Shown: positions 44,312 through 57,411 of the stretch, one piece after another
Numbering within the stretch: the stretch's first letter is position 1
Layout of the letters: the number at the start of each line of letters is the position of its first letter
From: the human T2T-CHM13v2.0 reference genome, Homo sapiens
NCBI RefSeq assembly: GCF_009914755.1
Contig: NC_060927.1
Length of the DNA stretch: 64,000 nt
Reading direction: 5' to 3' (one strand)
The notes under the pieces: model-generated
The model's input: the letters and a program-made list of their open reading frames with translations, nothing else
Told to the model about the DNA's origin: nothing
Databases searched by the model: none
Program-made: the position numbers and the translations under genes

Positions 44312-45335
44312 CTGCAGAGGTCAGGATGTGCCTCAGACAGGAGAAGAGGGGCACTGTTTCCAAGTCTGACTGTGGGTCGATCGTGCATGCTCCTTACCCC
44401 GCCTCACACAGAGACTCACACTCCTTCTCTCCCCAGCCCTTTCCCACCAGAGCCAGCAGGAGAATGGAGATTCACTTTCTAAATAAGTTTAACAGAAGGG
44501 ACTTTGACTTGAGGGCCACTAGGATCAATGGAGGGTAGTGGGGTGCCGCACAGGCTGCAAACAAGAGGATTCAGTGAAATCTACATAATGGATAGTAAGA
44601 CTCTGCCCCTCTCCCTACCCTGCCAAGGAGCACCTGCAGCCAAGCACGTGCCCCCCGGGAGACTGGGCTCTGCCTCTCTAGAGAAACTGAACAGATGACA
44701 AGAACCGACCTTGAGAGACTGGCATCTGGGGGTCCTCTGACGAAGTGTGTGGCTTGTTCTCTGGGCATTCACCATGCAATAAGCTGATGTCATCACTCTC
44801 TGCCTGAAAATGCCCTCAATTCTCTTGCCAAGCCTCCTCTGTTGCACTCAAAATCACACACCTCCGTGCTGTCCAAAGGCCCTTCAGAGTTCTTCTGGAA
44901 AGCTTGCTGTCCCCCTCTGCAAGGGAATAATTGCATACTTTACCCTTTCCCCTTAAACCCTGTCACTTTCACCAGGGAACCTTGTCTCATGTCTTTAATA
45001 GCAGCCATCAGGGAGAACCAGCCTCGTCGTCCTTCTCCCAGTGCTGGAACCGTCCCTCCATCTGCACCAGCTTCTTCCCTCGGGCTCTGATGGACAAGCA
45101 GCCTTCCCCCTGCCCACAGAGACCCCCTCACCTCCCACTCGAAGCCCTCTCCCCTCTCCTCACCCACTCTAGGTTTCAGCTCCACTCTCTCCCTGTCTCC
45201 GGTCTTGGTCATTCCTGTAACACACAGTTCCCCATCCTCTCCCATCTCTGACCAGCTTCTGCTGGCTCTGTCCTCTTCACAGTAAAACTTTCCGACCACA
45301 TTGGCTGCACTCGCCAGGCCCCTTTTCTCACCCCC

Positions 45336-45393
45336 GTTCACTCTCCTAATCTTACTTATGTAAAGTTCACTCTCCTAAGCTTACTTATGTAAA
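45336..45393. repeat. 29-bp tandem duplication
   Basis: gttcactctcctaa(t/g)cttacttatgtaaa x2. Confidence 0.9.
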
Positions 45394-45500
45394 GCCTCTT
45401 CCAGGTTATCCTTTCTGTGTTGTGGCTGCCGACGCTCTAAGACTGAGGTTCATTTCCTTGCCTAGTTGTCTGGTTTTTTTAAACAGTAAGCTCATCATCA

Positions 45501-46115
<615 letters not shown>

Positions 46116-46408
46116 TCATGCGATGTGTGGAAACAGGACGAGTTTTAATCTGCTCAGCATGCAGGTGTACATGTGGGCCTCACTGTCCTCCACAGAATGC
46201 CCCCAGGAAGGGGTGGGAGGATGGATTACAAAATCCAACAGGCAACTATCAGGTAGTACAGCTCCCAGAAGTCTGGTAATCCCTCGTCGACATGTCCTAT
46301 AATGGAAGTAAAGAATGCGAGAAACCAAAAATCCTGTGGATGGGAAATGGGGATGAAACCATGTCATTAAATAGCATTTTAGGGAAATGTGCTCAAAAAT
46401 GTGGTTTA

Positions 46409-46757
46409 GGCTGTGTGGTGGCTCACGCCCGTAAAGGCCGGGTGCGGTGGCTCATGCCTGTAATCCCAGCACTTTGGGAGGCTGAGGCAGGCAGATTGCT
46501 GAAGCCCATGAGTTCGAGGCCAGCCTGGGCAACAACAAAACCCCACCTCTACAAAAACCATAAAAATTAGTGGGATATGGGCATGGTGGCACGCGCTGTA
46601 GTCCCAGCTACTCAGAAGGCTGAGGTGGGAGAATTGCTTGAGCCTGGTGGGTGAAGACTCATGCAGTGACCTCTGATTGCACCACTGCACTCTAGCATGG
46701 GTGACAATGAGACAATGTCTCAAAAAAAGAAAAAAAGAAAAGAAAAAAAAAAGAAAA
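46409..46757 (+). mobile_element. AluJ with a duplicated 5' ~27 nt
   Basis: Two Alu starts at 46409 and 46436; TSD ~AAAA..TGGTTTA. Confidence 0.88.
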
Positions 46758-47991
46758 ACTTGGTTTACAAACAGGTTACATTAGGTGAAATGATTATGTA
46801 CATTGCTCTTTGCCTTACCTAAGAATGCATTTAAAAAATCACTGTGGCCAATGGTCAGGAGCCTGGGCCAAACTTCCACGGACCAGCTAGCTACATCACC
46901 TCTGTAAACTCTGCTTCCTTGTTAGTAAAATAAAGCTATTCATACCCCTTTCATATGCTCAAAGCCAGGACATCAGTTTGTAACTCAGCACCGGAGAGGG
47001 CTCCAGTCACTTTTTGAGCTGTGGTCACAGGCTAGACAGGGAGGAGGAGGACAGCTAAGTTTGCTCAGTGTTGAGAGTTTTGGAGAGTCTTGAGTGAGTC
47101 CTGTCTGTGCAATGCAAAGGAGAACCATGGAGAGGAGGGGAGGCTGGACCGGGCTTCACCTCACACGGTGCAGGAATGGCCACAAAGTCCTGATGAAGAG
47201 CAGCCCCTGCGGGACATCCCTGACAAACAACCCTACAGCTTCTGCTTGAGTCTCCCCAGCATGGGGAACTCACCACCTTCCAAGGCACCTGTAAGTACTA
47301 TTCTTGCTAGTGATGAGTTGAAACCTGCTATCTTCTCTCCCTCTGGGTTCCCAAGAGGTCAACCTGCCCCCCAAGAAGATTCCACAGTTCTAGAAATATC
47401 TGTTTCCAGATGCCCTTCTAAGATAGGAAGTGGTAACCCCACTGGGCTCCCATTCTTTATCCTAAGGGAGAGAATCCTCCCCACATTGTCCAAACAATCA
47501 GGGTCAGAAGAGTCACGGAAGAAGAAAAAAGGGCAGCCTGGAGGCCTGGAACAGTCTATACTGCAGGGGGCTTGCCAGGGTCAGGGATGGTATCTGTGGT
47601 TGAGGGAAGCAGAGGGTGGGGTGGGGTGGGGGACTCAAATGGCCTTTGTAGGGCTGATGCATACAGGGTCCAGGGGCCCACACTCTCTAAGAAATCTGGT
47701 CTCGAGCTAAGATGGCTCAAGTTTACCATTTTAATACACCATTGTACAGTGTCTCTGCGTGTGAGTGGGTGCTTTGCTATTGATAGCATGAACATGGCTC
47801 CTTCTCACTGTCCCTCGAAGACAGGAGGGACAGTATCACTTTCTCAACCAAGGCCTAACGTGGGGTGGGAAAAAAAAGTTTTATCTCAGAATAGCCTATT
47901 ACTGTCATCCTCATACTTATTTTTACCTAGAATTCAGAATTAAGAACATTTTTTACTTAAAGAGAGCAATTCACATGTCAGAAATTTTTCC

Positions 47992-48099
47992 TTAAGAAGG
48001 TATTGAAATGTATTGAGTTAAGAATGTATTGGAATGTACTGAGTTAAGAATGTATTGAATTGTACTGAGTTAAGAATGTATTGAAATAGGTACTGAGTT
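47992..48099. repeat. Minisatellite, ~26-bp unit x4
   Basis: aagaatgtattgaaatgtactgagtt repeats. Confidence 0.9.
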
Positions 48100-49121
48100 T
48101 GGATTTTTTTTTTTTTTTGCAAATACTCAATAACACTCGTTAGTAGACAAAAGCATCAGTGGTGTAAGTTTAAAAATACTGGAGTGACTGCTTTGCTGGC
48201 TATTCTTTTATAGCTCTTGTAAATGAAGAAATTAAAACTGCAAGTTGAAACTGAGTCACTGATGGCGCCAGATGTTTCTGGAGCAAAACTGGGAAAGAGG
48301 GTGAGCATTGGAAAGACACCTCCTCCTGTTATCTTCGAGAAGCCATTTACTGGGAAAACAAAAACTGAGCTCCATGATGCATAAATTACAAAATGCAGAG
48401 GCCAATTTCTTTCCCTTTGACCACATGTCGGAAAGGCTCGGGGTTCAGTAACTGGAGGTGAGTCATGGCCTTTCCTAAACTCGAGTGAATGTGTTGGGAA
48501 AGGCGGGTGGTCTTGGGCCTGTGTCAATGTGGGCTTCTTTCCAGGCCATGAGAGCCGCTCTCAGAGTAGCCAAGCAGGGTCCTGCGGGGAGGTCTTGGTG
48601 ACATACGTGTGCCCATTGGAGGCGTTTGTGTCTATCCTGCGGTGAGCGTGCACCATTAGGCATATGTATGATTGGAAATGCATTTTCACCATTGCTTTCA
48701 TGTTTATACATGTACATATGTAGGAATTCATGCAATAACTATTAGATAAGTAGGCTGTGGAGGTCTTGAAAGCAGGGGCTCCAAGTGTGCAAAGTACTCG
48801 GTTCTCTACCTGTGGTGGGTCCTTCATAGTTGGTAAACAACAACAACAACAGTTCTGGGGGTGAGGAGTGGAGCAAAAGTTGGTGGAGTCATCTGCATTT
48901 AGGCAGAGCCTGGCATGTGCAGCTCCAGCAGCAGGGCCAGGACATGGAAGGCTGGCATGAGAAAGAGGGCTAGCTGTGGGGCTGGAGGTCAGGGGAAAGA
49001 GCAGCGCCTGCCCACCCATCAACACACTCCACGGCACAGATGCAGGTGCAGGGCTGTACGGAGGGCAGGTGACACGATCTCAGGTCCTAGCCCCCTGGGG
49101 GGAAAGCAGCCCACCTCCTGG

Positions 49122-49296
49122 GGTGGCTGAGATGGTTGACCAATGGCCTCTGGGGAGAAGGCTATGGGCACAGACACTGGTCCCTGGCTTGTTGGGAGGG
49201 AACAAGGATGTCCATCTGTCCTCCCTCAACACTGCCTCCTGGGGGACAAGGAAGATGCCCAGAGTGAGTGGGCAGGGTGGGCGATGGACTCATACC
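49122..49296 (+). repeat. 175-bp direct duplicate of 52243-52417
   Basis: 174/175 identical by manual comparison. Confidence 0.95.
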
Positions 49297-49329
49297 TGAA
49301 ACCCAGGTCCCTCAGCTTCCTCAGGACCA

Positions 49330-50960
49330 CCCTCTACAAACTTCACTTTGCCCTTCATTCAAGGCCTTGTCCACTTACCCCTCTTGCTTCTTCATGCTTG
49401 GAAGAGAAGCGTCCTCAAATCTGTCCAATCATACCTCCTTTTCCTCTTCTTTTCTCCGCTTCTATTCATGGCCAAGTTTCCTAAAAGAGTGCTTCTCGTT
49501 TGGCGTCTTCACTTACTCCCCTTCCACTCTCCTTGAAGTCTGGTCTAGTCTGCAACCCTCATCAGCTGCCTTCCCCCAACCTGGAACCTGTCCTGGCCCG
49601 GGTCACCTTGACAGACTCCTAGATGCTAAACGCCAGAGGCACTCCTCAGTCTTCCCACGGCCTGGTTCTTCCTGCAGCATCCAATGCTGCTCTCAGGACC
49701 GCTTTCCTGACGTCCCACTCCTGCTGCTCCAGGATAATGCTCTCTCTTGGTGCCCTCCGCCCTGAAGGCCAGACTGATTTGGGGCTCTCTTCCCTCCCTG
49801 GCCCTTCCATGTTGGTGTGCACCACAGGCCTGCCTCATCTCTGCTCCATCATTGTGTCTCCGTGGCAGTGTTTCCATCCCTGGCTACACATCAGAAGGAG
49901 CACCTGGGATCACTAAAAATATACCAATGCCAGGGCCCATTATACAGAAATACAGTAATCACATCAGAATGTCTGGGAATGGGACCCAGATATCAGTATT
50001 TTTTTTTTAAGCTGTCCAGTTGATTTTGATGAGAGAAGGTTGAGACCCATTGTTCTAGAGGCTTCTTCAACTCCTTACCACCTTCCAAAAGGTTTGATGC
50101 AAGCCTGATTTCTTCCTGAGCCCCACAACTGTATACCTGACTTCCTGCTTATCAGTGCTGCTTAGATAGCCACGTGCCCTGCCCCCACTATGACAGACGC
50201 AAAGCAAGCTTGCCCTTGCCTGCACCTGCTTCTGCCCCGTGTGCCCTCACTCTGTGGATGGCGTTCATCTGTTCACAGTCACTCAGGCCCAACCCTGGTA
50301 CCCTGGACTCTTCTTTTCTCCTGCCCTACGTATCCAACTGGTCTAAGCCCTGTCGCTTGTTTTCATCCTACCTTTTAGTTACTTCTAAAGACTTCTAGAA
50401 CTGGCTCCTTCTTTTTCATCCTCTCTCACTCCACCTGCCTCAGCCCCATCCTGTCTCACCTGAGCTATTGTAAGACCTGCATCTGGCCTTCTTCTCTGCA
50501 GCCTTGTTTCTCTCCATTCTCCCCACAGCTACCACAGGGACAGCTCCAACACCGACCAATGATCACATTCTCCACTGCTGGAACCCCCCAGTGGCTCCCC
50601 ATGCCCTTCAGGCAGCCCCGTACCTCCCGCTCTGCCCTGCTCTGGTCCAGCCCCGGGTCCCTGCCTCCTACCCACTCCCACTCTGACCCGCTTTCAGCTC
50701 CTACTTGCTCCCTGCTCTCCTGCCTAAGCTGCTCCTGTCTGGACAGCATTTCTGTTTCCTGCTCAGCCCTCAGATCCCCAAAGGGATGACTTCCTTCCTG
50801 GAGCCTTTCTTACCTTCTCCCGCTACCCTGTGCCCACCATGCCCCAGAGTTCTGTCCTGGCACCATGACCTCCCCAGGACAGGGAAGATGTGATTTATCT
50901 CTGAGAAGGCCTGGCCCAGAGGGCATGCTAGGGAAATGCTTGTCAAATGAATGAATGAAT
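49330..50960 (+). mobile_element. Long L2 fragment with a MER5-like insertion (49866-50052)
   Basis: Pyrimidine-rich L2 body ending tgtcaaatgaatgaatgaat; MER5 motif atcagaat.tctggg..tgggacccag. Confidence 0.65.
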
Positions 50961-51559
50961 GGTGACTGGTTTGACTACAAGGGAAGGTGGGTGTGGCCAG
51001 ATGTGCAGGACACCAGGAAGAAATTCTGAGCCAATGTTGGCTAATCCGAGGTCATCCTACCTTCAGTCACACCAGAGACGTTCATCTACATTGTATTGTA
51101 TAACAGTGCTGTTAGAAATGCACATATATCACTTTCATTTCCTAATCTATAACTTGGGGATAATAATATCAATTTGGCAGAAGTGCAGTGGGGGTCAGAG
51201 AAGGTCATGGCTGTGAACATGCTTTGGAAATGATAAATGACCGTTCACAGGTGAAGGGTGAGTACCCAGTGTCCCAGCCGGGCAGATGCCGTGTGCTGTT
51301 GATTCTGAGAATGTCCAGTGTGGAAGCGGAGTGCACAGCTGGGCACAGTGGTCCCATCGCAGTGGGCTTTGTGGTGCCTGGCAGGCATCCAGAGAGGGAT
51401 GAGCCTGCACCTGCGGCAGAGGCCTTTGCACAACGGGCGATCCCTGTGGGCAGGGAGGAGAGTGCGGGGTTTACGCGCGGCACCTCACTCACTGACCCAA
51501 GGACCCGCTAGGCATCAGGTCCTAACTTGGTGCCTCTGCGTGCGTGTGGTGAGGGCTCC

Positions 51560-51750
51560 GCTCCCGTGACCTGGGGTCAGCAGGCTGCAGGGCCTTAAAA
51601 ATAGCGCTGGGAGGATATTTTTAGTGCACCATCCTGAGGTGTGGCTGGAGCCTGCGGCCTCCTATGACGCATGACAATAGTTTTGGCTCCGTTTGCCAGT
51701 GATTCAGACAGCTGGTTTTGGACTTCAGGGGTGTAAAAATAAAACCAAAG
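51560..51750. promoter_or_regulatory. Candidate enhancer: MEF2, CRE-half, E-box and nuclear-receptor motifs in a CpG-enriched patch
   Basis: TTAAAAATAG 51595-51604, near-MEF2 ATATTTTTAG 51615-51624, TGACG 51665, CAGCTG 51709. Confidence 0.4.
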
Positions 51751-51773
51751 TGGGGAAAGTTGGATTCTAGCCA

Positions 51774-51844
51774 TGAGGCATCCCCCACCCCCACAGCATC
51801 TGCATCATTTGAGGCATCCCCACCCCCACAGCATCTGCATCATT
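51774..51844. repeat. 36/35-bp tandem duplication
   Basis: tgaggcatcccc(c)acccccacagcatctgcatcatt x2. Confidence 0.92.
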
Positions 51845-52393
51845 ACTCCTCAGAAGGTTTCCTTTGAGCCTTGGTCCTCTGGAGCTTAACAAATCACAGT
51901 TCCTCCTGAAGGGTTTTGGGCTGGTGGTAGGACAAAGGAGAACCCCGTACTAAAGGCCAGAAACTGAGGCCGTGAGAGGATGTTTAACTTCCCCAAGTCA
52001 CATAGTCAATTTGTGACAGGACCACATTCAGATCCATGTTGAACTCCAAAGCCTCTGCTGTCTTGCCGATTTTTCAACCACAAAACCATTTTAAAGTCTA
52101 CAACGCACTGTAATAAACTGTATCTGATTCGATCCTCACAGGAGGCAGTGTTTAATCCCAATTTTACCAGTGAAGAAACTGAGGCTCAGAAAAACAAAGT
52201 GACTCCAAATTCCTTGAGCACCTGGCCAGGGTCAGTCCCCACGGTGGCTGAGATGGTTGACCAATGGCCTCTGGGGAGAAGGCTATGGGCACAGACACTG
52301 GTCCCTGGCTTGTTGGGAGGGAACAAGGATGTCCATCTGTCCTCCCTCAACACTGCCTCCTGGGGGACAAGGAAGATGCCCAGAGTGAGTGGG

Positions 52394-52638
52394 CAGGGTG
52401 GGTGATGGACTCATACCCTGCCTTGGTGTCTCTGTGGCTCCTGGAAGATCCTTGCAAGCAGCGGTGAGCACTGTGACTTGAGCCCTGCGGTGGTGGCTTG
52501 CCATGTGGCCAGTCAAGGTGGACGATGGACTCATATGCTGCCTGGGTGTCTCTGTGACTCTTGGGAGATCCTTGCTGGCAGCGGTGAGCACTGTGACTTC
52601 AGCCCTGCAGTGGTAGCTGGTCACATGGCCAGTCAAGG
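52394..52638. repeat. 120-bp tandem repeat x2
   Basis: gatggactcata at 52404 and 52524. Confidence 0.9.
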
Positions 52639-53693
52639 CTCAGTCTTCTTAGTAATCAAAGGACTGAAAGTGTCCAGTAGCTTTGGATGATGGTTGAGGA
52701 CTCGTTAACAAAGACCACTGCCCTATGGGAATGCGTTATACTCTCTGGAATGAGCCGTGCAGGTGGGCTCAGAGAACATACCATTTGCACACTCATAACA
52801 ATGTAAAAGTATGAAAGTAAAAGTCATATGAAATCCTCCTGTGCAGAGCTAGTTAATGTTGGGTGACTGTCACTCCAGGCATCTGTCTTTGCACTTGCAA
52901 GAGGGATAACATGTAGGTAAATAGGAAAACACTGTACAGTATATGCTATCCTTTACTTACTTTAGTCAATGGTATATCAACAAACATAAATCTATATCAT
53001 TTTAACTGCATCTGATTCCATTGTATGAATGTACCTTACTTTATTTAATCAGTAGGCTTCTGATTGCAATTTGCATTGGGTTTTGCATTTCAGCCATCTT
53101 TCGTGATCCTTAAAGCTTGGGCCTCAATCAAGATACACAAAAATATGCACTTTAAATTACTTAACAGAGACTCACCTTCACATTGCCCCTACCGTTTTAT
53201 TTCTATTTAATGACAGAAAAAAGGGAGATGATGGAGACACAAAAGGAGAGCCTCGCCTGCCACCGCTCAGGCAACCTCACCAACTGCTTTACTTTGTTAA
53301 ATGCAAGAATCTCTGTATTAATTTTGCAATTCTTAGCAATAAGTCACCTGGCTTGACGAAGCTCCAGTCTTATTTTAGGGCCTTGTCTTACCCGGATGTC
53401 ACTTCTCTGAGCCATCCCAGCTAGCAGAGGGGAGAGGAGAGCTACGTTCTCCTGCAAGCAAATGTCATCACATGGTAAGCCGAGGTTCCACTACTGGTGC
53501 TTACGGTGCCGCCCCAGGCAGCCTGTTGGACTTTGAGCTCTACTTTCCTTGCAGGATCATCTTTTGAGAGCCAAATGCAGTCATATATGTGAAAGCAAAT
53601 GTTTTTTAATTGCAACAGGCAATAAAACATGAAGCTGTCATTTTGTTAATTATTTTGACCACCTAGTGGTTCTTAAAATTTTCAAATATGGCT

Positions 53694-54038
53694 GTGTTTT
53701 TATTTTTTATTCTATTTTACTATTTATGTATTTGTTTGTTTGTTTATTTTTTGAGATGGAGTTTTTGCTTTTGTTGAGCGGGCTGGAGTGCAATGGTGTG
53801 ATCTCGGCTCACTGCAACCTCCACCTCCTGGATTCAACTGATTCTCCTGCCTCAGCCTCCTGAGTAACTGGGATTATAGACATCTGTCACCATGTCTGGC
53901 TATTTTTTTTGTATTTTTAGTAGAGACAGGGTTTAGCCATGTTGGCCAGGCTGGTCTCGAACTCCTGACCTCAGGGGATCTGCCCACCTCGGCCTCCCAA
54001 AGTGCTAGGGTTACAGGCATGAGCCACCATGCCCGGCT
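53694..54038 (-). mobile_element. AluSp/Sq-like within a MER5-like element
   Basis: Full antisense Alu with a degenerate tail. Confidence 0.9.
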
Positions 54039-55184
54039 GCATCTGTCTTTTTAAAGTAAAAAGTTTTCCCTGATGCCTGACAAATATCTGATCAGCCTCC
54101 AGCACATGGCCAGCCTTGAACAAGGTGCTAGGAGTATAGCACCAATAAGATAGCTGTGGTTTCATCTTTTCCAGAGCTGGCATTCTAGTAACTGAGAGTC
54201 CTTGCACTACCCATTGTAGTATGCATGGTAGTATTTGTGGTAGTATCTGTTGTAGTACCTTTTGTTGTATCCATAATTATATCCATAGAGCAAGGAAAGT
54301 GCATCATGGTTGGTATGAATTCAGTGCTATTTTTAAATGAATTTCTATGTTGTTAGTTACAATGGCAGCTCTGTTGTACATTTGAGAAACAAGGTATAGT
54401 TGCAAGACTTCATATTCATTTAGTCTAGAAACAATGCTGGATTCATAAGGAATCTGTGGACTCCTTAGCAATAATTTTGAGCCCTTCTACCTGCTGCCTT
54501 ACATTCCAGCTCACGATTTTGGGGCCTCAGGCCTTAGACTCTGGAGGGCTATAATAAATTTCTAGACACTTTATGGTCATTCATATAATTTGACACATTT
54601 TCCAGTTCTCTCAGGTCCTGATTCTGATGGATACTTTTACCCCCAATCTTTGGAATTCAGCTAACTTACCAGCTCTGTAGGGAAAATACGGCGAAGCCAT
54701 CATAGAGAAGTCCCAAGATGCCAATTAGGAGAAAATAAAGACAGGGACTCCTCCATCCCAGGAAGAAGGCAGTAGGAGGTATTGACAATTAGGTTTTGAG
54801 GACTAAGTCCTGTTGGGACCAAAGCATCTCTTTTTTCTAATTATGTCCTTGGTGGTATTTACGGAATTTAAGAGTGCTCCTCTGAACATGATGGTCTTCT
54901 GATGTCCCTCACAGGCAACTCAAAAGAATAGGGATAATTCTTCGAGAAAACATGTGTGATTCACCACCAAAAACCACAGAGGCTGAAAAGGACCTCTGAG
55001 ATTTAGATTTTGGAATTTATATGTGGGAAAACTGAAGTTCTGTGCGAGAGGAGATTTGACTTGTCCGAGTTTATGAGGAACTCAGATCTCATGACCTTCC
55101 TGCCTGGGGCTTTTCTTATTGTGCTAACCCGCTTTTTCAAGATTGTCTCTGACACCAGGGATTTATCCTATTGCAGCAATTCTA

Positions 55185-55940
55185 TTCATGAATGAATGAA
55201 TTCAACGGCCATTTATTGAGTTTTCCCTGTTATATCCTGGGAACTGTGCTAGCCACTGGAGATACAATAATGAACAGGAGAGAATCTAGGTCTCAAGGTC
55301 TTACGTCCCAGTAAGGGAAACAGACAACTAAACAGGTAATTAGCGCATATTAAGGTAATGTCTCAACAGCGGTACAGGGCCTCCTAATCCAGCTGCTGGG
55401 AAAGGAGGTGGTGATGGAGGGCGCTGAGTGCTCTGGGCCAGTGTCCTCCCCTGGTACCCTTTGATGGTGTCTAAACCGTCTTCAGGGTTGACTAGGAGTT
55501 AGGGGAGGGAGGGCAGGGAAATCCAGGATGATGTGTGTCATGTTTGAAGACCTGGAAGCAAGAGCAAACACGGGGTATGTGTGATCAGAGCATTCATGCG
55601 AGAGAACGAGTGCTGAGGAATAAGGACGTAGCAGAGGTCAACGGGGACCAAGCTGGAAGGATTCTGTGAACCAGAGCAAAGGGGCTTGGATATTATTCTG
55701 AGGCCTAAGGAGGCCATTGAGGGGCGACAGAAACCTTGTTGGATTTGTGGCTTAAAAGATGGCTCTGGATGCTGTGTGGAGACCAAATTAGAGGGGACTG
55801 AGAGGTGAGTCAGGAGTTGCGGTTACAACATTGTGCGGTGTCCAGGCAAGGGCAGAGGTGGCAGAGGGCTGGAGAGAAGTGGTGGCAGTTAAGAGAACCT
55901 TTGGAGGAAATTGAGTCAGAGGCCTTTGTGAGTTACTGGA
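55185..55940 (-). mobile_element. L2
   Basis: attcaac..catttattgag..tgtgctag start and purine-rich body. Confidence 0.7.
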
Positions 55941-56325
55941 AGTCCATGCTTATGAGAGAAGTCTCATAATTCCTTGTCCATGAAGTTTAATGTTCTTCAA
56001 TGAGTGAGATATTGGTTCACCTGGAAACCTAACACAGAAAAACGGATAAGCCGTCTCGCTGCTGTGGCTCTGTTCCCACCTGCGGGCTTTGTCCCATTCC
56101 CGTCAGGCCTTGGGCCCTTAGGGCCTTGAATGCCCGAACATCGATGTAACCAGTTCAGCTCCCTGGGCACCTATCAGGAATTCTTTATGGAAATAACTTG
56201 AAATGAGATTACAGTGGATTGGGGGAGCTCCTCCAGGGAAATACATATGTCTCCTTTCATAGGACAATCCCTAGAGAATCAGTGACTAACAGCGATCCGC
56301 CTCCAATCCTAAAAAACTGCTGCGG

Positions 56326-56622
<297 letters not shown>

Positions 56623-56718
56623 AAAAACTGCTGCGGCAGCTTCTAGGACAAATCTGAAACTAAATCCGCACTTCGATACTGCATCAGATGCGGGACGCAG
56701 AGACAGAGAGGAAGGAAC

Positions 56719-57411
56719 CTGGTAGGCAGTTCCAGCTGAGCCAGCAGAAACCAGCAATGTAGCAAGCTCTCTACGAATCAGGGCAGAAGTTCTTCTGAGA
56801 TAGGTGAACAAATTGTAAACAGACAACAAGAAGTCAGAGCCAAGGTTAAGGACCCCTAAGGTAACCCAGACCCCTAAGGGAACCCACCTGATAGGCTATT
56901 TAAGAAAGTAAGCATTGTCTTAGAAACGGGAAATCGCTGGTGCAGCCAGAACTTGAGTAAGGCAGTCCCCCGAGGGCAGAGACCATCCTGCATGTTGCCT
57001 GCCAGGCACACAGGGGATGTGAAATGCAGATGAATGAAATGCAGATGAATGAACAACGAATCAATTGATTGTAAATACTCCATTTCTTGGCTTTGGCCGT
57101 ATGGAAGTTGTGGAACAGTTCTTGGGGGAGTGGGTACAGGTATGTGTTCTGATGGGCCAGGTATGCTGGACAGAGCCCTTGGTGCTGAAGGAATGCATCC
57201 GTGATCTCCTGGGAACACTTCCAAGCTTCTGGAGGGCTGCAGTTCGGGCCAACCAGTCCAAGACGACCTGAGAGAAATCCCAAGGCTCCTGCATTCCTGG
57301 ATCCTGTAAGGAAGATGCGCTGAAAAGGGCCCCTCTGGGCATCCATCAGCGTTCCAGCAGGACACCTGGCAACGTGTACTACATACCTCCCTGGAAGGAG
57401 CTCCATTGTGT
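56719..57411 (-). pseudogene. Putative exons 57387-57411, 57079-57267, 56888-56998 and 56719-56794
   Basis: Donors gag|gtatgt and cag|gtgggt; acceptors tttctctcag, gcctggcag, cctatctcag. Translation PSRE|VVLDWLAR..(frameshift)..KKW|SNMQDGLCPRGTALLKFWLHQRFPVSKTMLTFLNSLS|EELLP*FVESLLHCWFLLAQL. Confidence 0.65.

Larger units (their letters stand above)
52222..56270 (-). pseudogene. Putative exon chain 56171-56270, 55954-56028, 54670-54721, 53505-53560, 53392-53420, 53176-53202 and ~52222-52722
   Basis: Phases chain 2-0-0-1-0-2-2 without a frameshift. Strong donors gtaagt, gtaagc, gtaaga, gtgagt; one donor reads AT and one acceptor reads TG. Translation ...ASWDFSMMASPYFPYRA|DDPARKVELKVQQAAWGGT|LGWLREVTS|GNKTVGAM*R|AVVFVNESSTIIQSYW. 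Confidence 0.65.

Noticed and set aside
47090-47710. 206-aa plus-strand ORF
   Set aside because: Non-ATG start, no recognisable domain and no splice context.
47992-48099. CRISPR-like repeat array
   Set aside because: Head-to-tail minisatellite with no spacers, in primate DNA.
56029-56170. Exon extension to the donor at 56079 (GYIDVRAFKAL...)
   Set aside because: It would leave a 51-nt intron; the donor at 56170 gives a 142-nt intron and keeps the phase.
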